Part shown: positions 53,889 to 64,000 of the stretch, piece after piece | How positions within the stretch are numbered: position 1 is the stretch's first letter | Layout of the letters: each line of letters starts with the position of its first letter | Source of the DNA: Octopus sinensis | Taxonomy: Eukaryota | Direction: 5' to 3' | NCBI RefSeq assembly: GCF_006345805.1 | Contig: NC_043000.1 | Coordinates: 42,470,001 to 42,534,000, forward strand | Length of the DNA: 64,000 nucleotides | Notes under the pieces: model-generated | What the model was told of the DNA's origin: nothing | What the model saw: the letters and a program-made list of their open reading frames with translations, nothing else | Database searches by the model: none | Program-made: the position numbers and the translations under genes

Positions 53889-54780
53889 TTGTGTATAAAT
53901 ATATGATATATATATATATATATATATACAGTGAAAGGACGATCCACTGTATTGTATGAGGGTGTAAATTGTACTCAAATGTAAACTTTACATAATGCTG
54001 TTAGGTAGAATGGTATAACAAAACAGTATGACTTGAACCAGCTATTCTCAGAGCTGCCTATAGACATTTGACAGCACCGTCTTGTCTTTCCAGCGAAGGA
54101 TTTGTGGAAAGCACAATGGCGTTTCTTCCCGTAGCATACGAGCTGAGACTTTTATCGTATACAAGAGTTTATCGGGCTAATGACAATAGCTAACCGACTC
54201 ACTAGCTGACACTTTTGTTTTTTTTGTATCCCCTTAAGGTTATAAAAGAAAATTTGGCATTTTTCATCGGTCGTAGAGATCCTTGTGTATTATAAGAGAA
54301 CAGGATTTGCTAAGCTATCGGCTCAATCAGCTGCGAATATTTTATGCAAATACGAAGCTATTGAAATTAACGCACTACACTATCATCATTTTCTCTCAAT
54401 CTGGCAATCAGTCAATTAGAAAATATTTGTAGCACATTGAAACTTTTAAGTATTAGATGTGGTTTGATGGAAGCATTGAAGTGTAAACTACAGCGCAATG
54501 GTGTGTAAAGGAAATCAATTTATCGAAGATAAGAAAGATAGTTTAGAAGCATCGTATTTGATCACAGTTCAAATATTATTTTATATAGAGATCACAAGCG
54601 GATGTGTGTATTTTTTTATATTTTGTTCAGGGCATTTTTCTGTTCTGTTTATTTGCTTTTGGACTTCGGTATTTGTTTTTTAGTTTGTCATCGTCCATGT
54701 TTACATATGTATTTTTCATTTACATACATATACATACATACATACATACATACATACACACACATACATACATACATACA

Positions 54781-54815
<35 letters not shown>

Positions 54816-54874
54816 GCATACATACAATCATACATACACACATGCATATATATACGTGTTTATATATATTACAA

Positions 54875-55020
54875 TTAATAGGAGTAATGACCACTAAAGT
54901 GGATTCCTATATGCTAAAGATAGACGACAAATCGCCTTACCATTAAGAGTGTGTTCTCAAGAATACACTCTTCATGGTAAGGCAATTTGAATCCACTTTA
55001 GTGGTCAATCCTCTTATTAA
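54875..55020. repeat. Fold-back of ~146 bp; one arm recurs at ~40876-40970
   Basis: AATGACCACTAAAGTGGATTC/GAATCCACTTTAGTGGTCAAT outer arms and GCCTTACCATTAAGAGTGTGTTCT/AATACACTCTTCATGGTAAGGC inner arms. Confidence 0.8.
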
Positions 55021-55604
55021 CTGTTATCTGATTTTTAAATCTTCGGATATTTTTTTAATATGCTAGACCACTGGTTTAAATTGATGTTAATTCATTGATA
55101 TCAATTTCTACGCGCATTATTTAATTATATATATATATATATATAAACTTGCCAGCGAATCAGCGTCGTTAAACATGTGTTAAACACGACTGTGTTCTAG
55201 TTACATTTTCCTAGATATAATTTTCTAACAAAGTTATTTTCGTACCTGTATTTTACTTGTTGCAGAAAACTGATGTTTTTGAATCCATCTTTAGTACGTG
55301 TATACTCTCAGTGTATCATCTTCAAGGAAAATTTCGTCTGCGTTGTTATAATTGTAATACCTTTTTCCATTGGATCAGCCGAAATAATTATAGTACAATA
55401 TTATGGCGTCACCTCCTTCGAAGTTTGCATCTAGAATTTATTCAACCTGCCGAATTCCTAATGGGTCGAACAACCCTTAAGACGAATCGTGAGCCTTAAG
55501 CAATTCATAAATCAATGAATGATCAATAAATTTTGCATTACTAAAAATATAAAAACCCATTATCAGGAAATATTATGTTGTTTAATGTAAACTGGTTTTA
55601 AATT

Positions 55605-55803
55605 TTGGCACAATTCCAACTATTTCAGGGTAGGAGCAAAGCCAATTACATCGACCCCAGTGTTCAGCTGGTACTTTTTATCGACTCCGAAAGGATGAAA
55701 GGCAAAATCGACCTGGGCCAAAATATGAACTCAGGACATGCAGATGAACGGAATGTCACTAAGTATTTTGCCTGATGTATTAAGAGATTTGCCAGCTCAC
55801 TGC
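55605..55803 (-). mobile_element. SINE family B, diverged
   Basis: ATTACATCGACCCCAGTG...CTGGTAC...ATCGACTCCGAAAGGATGAAAGGCAAAATCGACCT. Confidence 0.75.
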
Positions 55804-56298
55804 TTGCTATTTTCAGTAAATTGGTTTCAAACTTTAGCACAAAGTCAGAAAATTTGAAGGAGTGGGTAAGTCGATTCTGTGAAGCCCAGTACTCAATCAT
55901 TTTCCCCGGTGTAGTAACGACTCTGCTAACACACATAGAAGCTCACAAGCAAACACACACGTACACATCTATATATCTTTGTATGCAGTTGTGGGTAGCT
56001 GTTATGGCCTTATTCGATAGCAATCCTTGCAGCAAAGAGTTGTATTACTTCTCTGTCTATGGAACAGTAAGTTGAAAATTCTGTTTCTAAGTTTCTAGTG
56101 TTGGAAATATTGATTGGCCAGGATTTCCGTCACCTTGCGAGTATCTGCGGTGAAAGATCCACTTCTATTTAGAAGCGGGGATACTTGTAATGTATAAAGG
56201 ATTCTTAAGGAACAGTAGAAAACTCTTTTGTTGGTTTACATGCTCCCTTCTGCCCAGTTAACATCTTTGCTTTCAGTTCTATTTTCCAATGGACTATA

Positions 56299-56371
<73 letters not shown>

Positions 56372-56407
56372 GTATTAGTATTATTATTATTAATATTATT
56401 GTTATTA

Positions 56408-57001
56408 AGTGAGAGAGCAGTGCATGCCATCAAAGTGACACTGGGGTAAAATATACGAAGCCCAATATACCCATCATGACTACCCGTCTGATAAAGGTAC
56501 ACCAGGCACATGCATCACAACCATATGTGCGCGACATGGTGATCTCATATCAAGATAAACAGCACATGACCTTGCAGGTGGGGCCCAGTTAGAATTTTCT
56601 TCAGGTTGAGTAGCCCATCCCGTTCAAAAGGTCCCTGAGTAAGGGTTGTTTAAGGATGTTGAACGAAACACCCATGTTTCCAGAGGTGAATTATTCAAAC
56701 CTCAAAGAATCATCCCTCTCAACACATGGCTATGATACACCCCCACTACTTCTGCTCGTGATCAGAGATGCACATATTATCAGCCACTAAGGGACATGCT
56801 CAACTGGTTAAGGTCAAACAACTGACAAGCAAATCTGTGGTATTGAGCAGAATATTTGCTGTAGCCCATCATTTATACCAAGACAAAAAAATGTACATGA
56901 TAACACTTCCAATCAGTTAAGATCAGAAGCCATGAGAGCCACTGCCTGGTACTACATCAGAGCATTTATACTGCATCAGGGCATTCGTACTGCATTAGGG
57001 C

Positions 57002-57004
<3 letters not shown>
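56408..57004 (-). mobile_element. ~555-bp non-coding element flanked by (ATT)n, with its terminal ~19 bp triplicated
   Basis: Reverse complement of 60062-60616 with high similarity; TACT(A/G)CAT(C/T)AG(A/G)GCATT occurs three times at 56950-57004. Confidence 0.9.
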
Positions 57005-57099
<95 letters not shown>

Positions 57100-57110
57100 T
57101 ATTATTATTA

Positions 57111-57170
<60 letters not shown>

Positions 57171-57213
57171 TATTATTATTATTATTATATATGTATATAT
57201 ATGTATGTATGAG

Positions 57214-57245
<32 letters not shown>

Positions 57246-58047
57246 CACATATATATGTGTTTGTGAATGTGTGTCTATGTATGTATGCATGTATATTTTA
57301 GTTGACGGACGCATATACATAACTGCATATAATATATATATACATACACATATATATGCACTTACGTATGTGCATATGTATATATATGTATATGTATGTA
57401 CGCACACATACGCACACACGGACACACACACATATATAAACATCACAGAGAGAGAGAGAGAGAGAGAGTAACAGACAGAGGGAGAGAAAGAAGGAGAGGG
57501 AGACGGAGACGATTACTGTCGAATTTGACGGTGTGACAGAACCAACGGAGATTCTTCCGATGCATGTGCAAGTTCAGCTTTCCAATCAACTGATCCCGAG
57601 TTTTCGTGTGGATAAAGCATTCGAGAAAACGTGTACTTTTCATGAAATTGTCCGTCATAACCAGTGAGTCAAAGTGAGTGTGACGAGGCTATATACATTT
57701 ATTGCATGCACGATCCCTCCGATGAGCTTCTCCGCAGTTTCTAATTAATTTTATTCAAAACGTGTATATGGGTGTACATACATACATACATGCATGCATG
57801 CACACACACGCACACACATGCACACACACACACAAACACACACACACACACACAAACACAAACACAGACACATAGTTCAAATTTACAGAAAACAGAAGAC
57901 GAAGACAGGTGAAGGAATAACAAGCAGGTATATTACGTTAACGCTTGGGAAGGATGGAGAAGTCTTTGACGTTTCGAGTCTACGTTCTTCGACAAGGGGA
58001 AAAAGGGAGAGAACGAAAACAAAAAACAGGGCGAGAAAGCACACACA

Positions 58048-58115
<68 letters not shown>

Positions 58116-58805
58116 TTTACTTGTTTGAGTCATTAGATTTGCAGCCATGCTGGAGCACCGCCTTGAACGAATTTGAATTTTTCCCAATTGAACTCTATTT
58201 TTCCTTAATCTTCTTTCATCATCATTAGCTAAAGATATTAGATCGGCATACCTATTAAAATATATTATCTCTAAACGTCAAAGCCAGAACAAAATAAAAA
58301 ATATATAATTGCTTTACAATGGAGTTGAAATAAGTAAAAACCAAAAACTTTATCATTCACTGAACTCCAAACAGGAACACAAGTAGTAGTACATTTTGTT
58401 TAATCTCCACCTAACCACATAATTCTCAAATGCAACATATAATTAATATATCAGATGTGAATTGGAGATGTGCTTAAATATAGCAAAATATTACGTTTGC
58501 ACCTGACTTCAATTCTGTAGGGTTTTTGCTACAAATCATATAAAGTCGAAAAAAATATTTTCCAATCTTTCTCATTTTTGCATCGTTTGGAGAAATAGTT
58601 TGAAACTGAATCTTGAAATTATAACTTGTATAGCAGTCTATTCAGATAAAATTCCTGAATCTGAGAAAGCTAATCACGGTTTGCGACGGGAAATGAATAG
58701 TCTTTCGGAAATTTTTAAAACGTTATCGAATGCAGTTGCTATGTTATACTGAAACAATATTTGAAATAAAGTCTTTCGTCGGAATTAAATAAATAAATAA
58801 ATAAA

Positions 58806-59050
58806 TGCGCCCTTTTAAAGCCTAGCCAGGCTCATGGGCCCGCTTTACCGGTTTCAATGGCGTATTTGTTCCTCAGCTGGACGGAACGCCAGTCCATCGC
58901 AGTGTTACTCATTTTTGCCAGCTGAGTGGACTGGAGCAACGTGAAATGAAGTGTTTTGATCCAGAACACAACGCGTCGTCCGGTCCCGAATCGAAACAAC
59001 AATCTTACGATAATGATGCTGACACCCTAACCACTAGGCCACGCGCCTCC
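58806..59050 (-). mobile_element. tRNA-derived SINE family C, full length
   Basis: Head GGAGGCGCGTGGCCTAGTGGTTAGGG...GTTTCGATTCGGG; central CTCCAGTCCACTCAGCTGGCAAAAATGAGTA...GCGATGGACTGGCG; (ATTT)n tail. Confidence 0.85.
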
Positions 59051-59381
59051 ACTTTCGTCAGAATAAGATATCTAAAAATGAAATGTTTATGATATCACTG
59101 AATAATCTATGGTTGGAAGAATGTGGCGGGTTAGTGAAATGATCACAGGAAGGAGTAAGAGATGAAGAAGTGAGCACATAAAAGTGGTGAGAATATAAGT
59201 CAACAAATCAAGGTTCTTGGTGTCCAGATGAAGATGCATGGAAGAGATACAGAAATGAGTTATGCAGAGAGAGAATGTGATAAAAGTTAGCAGCATTATA
59301 TCCTTACCGCTGTTGTGAATATATAAATATATGGACTTCAAAAAGATATACAAACATCAGCGCACTGACGTACACTGCACA

Positions 59382-59434
<53 letters not shown>

Positions 59435-59490
59435 TCGTGATTTACATTATTTACATTCGATGGATATTTGTCCTCATCTTGTTTGTTGTT

Positions 59491-59536
59491 AACATAACGT
59501 TTCGGCTGATATACTCTCCAGCCTTCACCAGATGTC
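59491..59536 (-). ncRNA. Minimal hammerhead motif with A6>G core variant, left arm
   Basis: GACAT-CTGGTGA-A-GGCTG(gagagtatat)CAGCC-GAAA-CG-TT^ATGTT; stem I GACAT/ATGTT pairs fully. Confidence 0.6.
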
Positions 59537-59600
59537 TTGAGGAAATTTCGAACCTGGGTTCTCATTCCTAAGGTATTCTTCAATGTTGTTGTTGTTGTTG

Positions 59601-59650
<50 letters not shown>

Positions 59651-59670
59651 TATTATTATTATTATTATTA

Positions 59671-59818
59671 TTCAGGTCACTGCTTGGAATCGAACTCGGA
59701 ATTTTGGGATTAGTAGCCCGCGCTCTTAACCACTACGTCATATGCCCATGGGCGTAGTGGTTAAGAGCGCGGGCTACTACCCTAAGATTCACAGTTCGAT
59801 TCCAAGCAGTGACCTGAA
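59671..59818. promoter_or_regulatory. Head-to-head pair of tRNA-like Pol III heads (A and B boxes) pointing outward
   Basis: GGCGTAGTGGTTAAGAGCGCGGGCTACTA...AGTTCGATTCCAAGCAGTGACCTG on plus (59750-59816) and its near mirror on minus (59673-59739). Confidence 0.75.
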
Positions 59819-59829
59819 TAATAATAATA

Positions 59830-59854
59830 GATGGCATGAACTGCTCTCTCACTC
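59830..59854 (+). mobile_element. 25-nt 3'-end stub of the (AAT)n-flanked element
   Basis: GATGGCATGAACTGCTCTCTCACTC is identical to 60592-60616 and is followed by (AAT)n. Confidence 0.85.
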
Positions 59855-59855
59855 A

Positions 59856-59903
<48 letters not shown>

Positions 59904-59935
59904 TGATAATAATAATAATAATAATAATAATAATA

Positions 59936-59960
59936 GATGGCATGAACTGCTCTCTCACTC
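59936..59960 (+). mobile_element. Second 25-nt 3'-end stub
   Basis: Identical 25-mer followed by (AAT)n. Confidence 0.85.
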
Positions 59961-60022
<62 letters not shown>

Positions 60023-60024
60023 TG

Positions 60025-60061
<37 letters not shown>

Positions 60062-60063
<2 letters not shown>

Positions 60064-60616
60064 CCCTGATGCAGTACCAGGCAGTGGCTCTCATGGCTTC
60101 TGATCTTAACAGATTGGAGGTGTTAACATGTACATTGTTTTGTCTTGGTATAAAAGATGGGCTACAGCAAATATTCTGCTCAATACCACAGATTTGCTTG
60201 TCAGTTGTTTGACCTTAACCAGTTGAGCATGTCCCTTAGTGGCTGACGATATGTGCATCTCTGATCACGAGCAGAAGTAGTGGGGGAGCATCATAGCCAT
60301 GTGTTGAGAGGGATTCTTTGGGGTTTGAATAGTTCACCTCTGGAAACATGGGTGGTTCTTTCAACATCCTTAAACAACCCTTATTCAGGGACCGTTTGAG
60401 CGGGATGGGCTACTCAACCTGAAGAAAATTCTAACTGGGCCCCACCTGCAAGGTCATGTGCTGTTTATCTTGATATGAGATTACCATGTCGCGCACATAT
60501 GGTTGTGATGCATGTGCCTGGTGTACCTTTATCAGACGAGTAGTCATGATGGGTATATTGGGCTTCGTATATTTTACCCCAGTGTCACTTTGATGGCATG
60601 AACTGCTCTCTCACTC
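60062..60616 (+). mobile_element. ~555-bp non-coding element flanked by (AAT)n
   Basis: TGCCCTGATGCAGTACCAGGCAGTGG ... GATGGCATGAACTGCTCTCTCACTC; second copy at 56408-57004, older partial copy at 63598-63735. Confidence 0.9.
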
Positions 60617-60695
60617 AATAATAATAATAATAATAATAATGATAATAATAATGATGATGATGATGATGATGATGATAATAACAATAATAATAATG

Positions 60696-60734
<39 letters not shown>

Positions 60735-60745
60735 TAATAATAATG

Positions 60746-60776
<31 letters not shown>

Positions 60777-60803
60777 TAATAATGATAATAATAATAATAA
60801 TAA

Positions 60804-60834
<31 letters not shown>

Positions 60835-60934
60835 TAATAATAATAATAATAAAATAATAAACAACAACAACAACAACAACAACAACCTCGAAAAATACCT
60901 TAGGAATGAGAACCCAGGTTCGAAATTTTCCCAA

Positions 60935-60980
60935 GACACCTGGTGAAGGCTGGACGGTATATCAGCCGAAACGTATTAAC
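60935..60980 (+). ncRNA. Minimal hammerhead motif with A6>G variant and damaged stem I, right arm
   Basis: GACAC-CTGGTGA-A-GGCTG(gacggtatat)CAGCC-GAAA-CG-TA^TTAAC. Confidence 0.5.
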
Positions 60981-61062
60981 AACAAACAAGATAAGGATAA
61001 ATATCCGTCGAATGTAAATAATGTAAATAATATGCATAATTCCTCATTTCTTAAATATAGAA

Positions 61063-61112
<50 letters not shown>

Positions 61113-63091
61113 TTAATTGTTCCGTTAAGGTAAGATCGACGGAAAAGTATTCTAACAGGTGAGAGATAAATATCGTTTAATGTAGATGAGAAGAGTACGT
61201 CGTGTACATTAAATATTTAGCTGTCTTTTTTGTAGTGTAAATTAAATTATATATATATCTATACACACATACGTACACGCAGATGTATGTACGGATGTTT
61301 ATATAAACATATTAAGTCTGTCTGTCCGTCTGTCTGTATGTATGTATGCATATCTGTATGTATATATGTATGTATGAACGCACAACCCACTATTGAAATT
61401 CCGGGCAAGCTATTCGATGTATGAGTTGTCATATATTAGTTCGAAGAAAGCCTGCAATGAAGTAAGGACCGAGAACTTCTGTTTTTGATTATCAGTCGAC
61501 ACCATGTCATTTTCTTTTCATCAATACTAATCCTCTAAGAAATATCACGAAAATCAAAATGATACGAACTTAACAATTGTACTCTTAACGTGAAATATAG
61601 GGTTTGGTGAATAGCGGAGGAAGAAGAAAAATACTTTATTTCCCTGAAAAGCTGTGATATTGGCTAGGTCAACAAACATATTGTACCAGATATAATGAAT
61701 AATTACAAGGTGTATTTTCATATTTTTATTTCAGATCTCATCGGTGCTACTAATATAACTGCCCATAATAAAATATGTTTGATTCAACCGGCCATAAATC
61801 TCCTCTTTATTTCAATTGACTTGTGTCAAATGTCATCAATAACATTAAAATGCCGGATATCTTTCTAGATATATCGATAAATAAATGTGGAAAGAACGTC
61901 CTAATGGAATTACTATATAGCTCGTTTTCAAAAGGCAAGTATTACATTCCCCATATGGTATTAAAATAATTTACGCAATATTTGGTCGAGAGACTGAATA
62001 CTAATAATTTTAGTATGTTTCAATATTCACTGAGCTAAAAAGTTTCCTTGTAACATGTTTATTATTCAAAAAGCCATTGCACAAGTTCCAATCGTATCTT
62101 AATTACCATATGCCATTTGTACAGTAACCCTGTGAGTAGGTGAACTCAGGAATGATGGAGTATAAGACGAGATATAATGTAAACTAAGATTGTCAATCAC
62201 TCCACTCGTTCATGTTTTTTTTTTCAGACTATTCCTGTTGGCACTTAAAGCAATGAATACATTTTTCAGTGTTTATTTTATTTTATTTTACCTACTTTAT
62301 GTAGCAAAACGGGGAACAATAGCTTCGTTGATTACATGTTTGCTTCCAAACAATCACAGTTTTTTTTCTGCATTTCAAACAGAGATAGTGATAACAAAAC
62401 GTTTGTGACCTGATTCAGGAAAAAATGCTTTTGTAATTTTGCTGGTAAATCACTAAAAATTTCAATTTACAATCAATGTTTATATTCTTCGCTTATATAT
62501 ATCATCGAATCACACACAATCTATCTATCAATGTACATATTTAGATGCTTGTAGTTTATACGCAAAGAAGTTAATAGGATAGTCCAACTTATCAGATGTT
62601 CAGAATCGCATTTTATCCAGTTTCATAAATACCGCCATAAAACTACTTAGACATTTGTAAGTACTGTACTTGCTATTATAGCACACGGTTGTAAGCAAGT
62701 ACAATATATTTTGGCCTTTAACGTTTCCTGTGAAGGAAATATTTTCTGGAAAAATCTAATAAACTGTCCACTGTAAAAGTCCTATGCGTCGCTCATCAGA
62801 AACACTCTATGTTAAACTAAATTGTAACAGTCCTAACTATCATTATGACACAGAACGAGAAACAAAATGTGCCGAGTAGCTGTCGTGGTGGCAACTGCGT
62901 CACGAATCTTAAAACAGCAAGATTATATTCTCTACAAAATTATTATAGCTTTAAAATATATTCCCTATCTTCTACATAAAATATAAATACTAAGAAACAT
63001 ATACATCTACACATACACACACAGATACACAAATATACATATACAAACACACACACACACACGCACACACACACACCACACACACACACAA

Positions 63092-63141
<50 letters not shown>

Positions 63142-63265
63142 AATAATAAATCTCTGAACGAGGTATAAATAGTAGCTGCACGACAACATGAAGTAAATTT
63201 GCCACTTAAATGTGGCTAACCACCAAGGGTGGATGCTACTGTAGCTTGTACCTCCAGGAGAACAA

Positions 63266-63465
63266 CTCCAGCTGGCTATTGGCACACTTTCTGTGCCCTA
63301 TCAGTATTTGCAAAGGGAAGCCATCGTTCCCATCGTCGACCTGACGTGATACGCACGGACCCGTTCTTCTGCGCACGACAATCACCGGTCTTTGATGCGA
63401 AGGGGTCCCAGGTCCCTTTGCAAATAATGATAGGGCACAGAAAGTGTGTCAATAGCCAGCTGGAG
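63266..63465. repeat. 53-bp inverted repeat (51/53 match) around a 94-nt GC-rich structured loop
   Basis: CTCCAGCTGGCTATTGGCACACTTTCTGTGCCCTATCAGTATTTGCAAAGGGA (63266-63318) versus 63413-63465. Confidence 0.9.
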
Positions 63466-63510
63466 AAGATGGCATGCACTACTTTCTCAATAATGATAAT
63501 AATGATGATG

Positions 63511-63592
<82 letters not shown>

Positions 63593-63597
63593 TAAAT

Positions 63598-63735
63598 GGG
63601 CTCTGATGCAATACCAGGCAGTGGATCTCAGGCCTGCAGACCATAATTTATTGGAAGTGTTTTCAAGTACATGTTTTATGTTGGTGTAAATATTTTTATG
63701 TTGAGCAAATATTCTACTCAATATCACACAGATGG
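63598..63735 (+). mobile_element. Old diverged 5' part of the (AAT)n-flanked element
   Basis: CTCTGATGCAATACCAGGCAGTGGATCTCAGG...GGAAGTG...GTACATG...GCAAATATTCTACTCAATATCACACAGAT aligns with 60062-60200. Confidence 0.75.
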
Positions 63736-64000
63736 ATGGAAAGTAAGGTTTGATTTGAACTCAGAATGCAAAGAGCTACACGAAATAACGCAAAGTATCT
63801 TCCGATGATCTAGCAATCCAATCGTTCATAGTGTCATTTCTTTACTGTGATAAAGGAGTTGCAGATTATTATAAGGCGAGAAATAGACTAATATATTTAT
63901 TTATTAGCAGTCTTATCAGCATTTTATTAATTAGTAAATAAACTTCTGTTTTTGGTGTGATAATTGATAACATTATGTAGATATACTTCAAAATTTATAT

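Larger units (their letters stand above)
59434..61065. mobile_element. Palindromic element: two divergent [tRNA-like head - (AAT)n/(AAC)n - hammerhead-like tail] units; right arm expanded by later insertions
   Basis: Tail 59434-59580 (minus) matches tail 60887-61030 (plus); heads form a hairpin at 59671-59818; both ends run into (TA)n. Confidence 0.88.

Noticed and set aside
55257-55499. ORF with RCYNCNTFFHW after a splice-acceptor-like site
   Set aside because: Incomplete PHD/zinc pattern and no further support.
59818-59961. Regularly spaced identical 25-mers, superficially CRISPR-like
   Set aside because: Spacers are (AAT)n microsatellite, the context is eukaryotic, there are no cas genes, and the 25-mer is the end of a retroposon-like element.

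Overview
AT-rich, microsatellite-saturated animal genomic DNA. The repeat make-up (three tRNA-derived SINE families, an (AAT)n-flanked ~555-bp element, (TA)/(TATC)/(CATA) tracts) suggests an octopus genome; this is inference, not a database match. No host protein-coding exon could be identified with confidence, and almost all ORF-track entries are microsatellite translations. Coding remnants are all from transposons: two mariners, an RTE LINE, an R4/Dong-type RLE LINE, an L1/Tx1-type LINE (two copies, both embedded in (TATC)n) and two Penelope-like (PLE) fragments. The most interesting signal is non-coding. By manual base-pairing I found 17 minimal type-I hammerhead ribozyme (HHR) motifs, some degenerate. 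Thirteen sit in four fold-back elements: a ~598-bp x ~5.9 array at 16.9-20.4 kb, a related ~548-bp x 2.7 array at 4.7-6.3 kb, a spacerless 620-bp palindrome at 37.1-37.7 kb, and a tRNA-head/HHR-tail palindrome at 59.4-61.1 kb. All four are head-to-head, with ribozyme-sense 3' ends pointing outward towards (TA)n. This looks like a retrozyme/PLE-derived system that could yield self-cleaved monomer or circular RNAs and long dsRNA. Activity is untested. Coordinates were counted by hand and may be off by a few bases.
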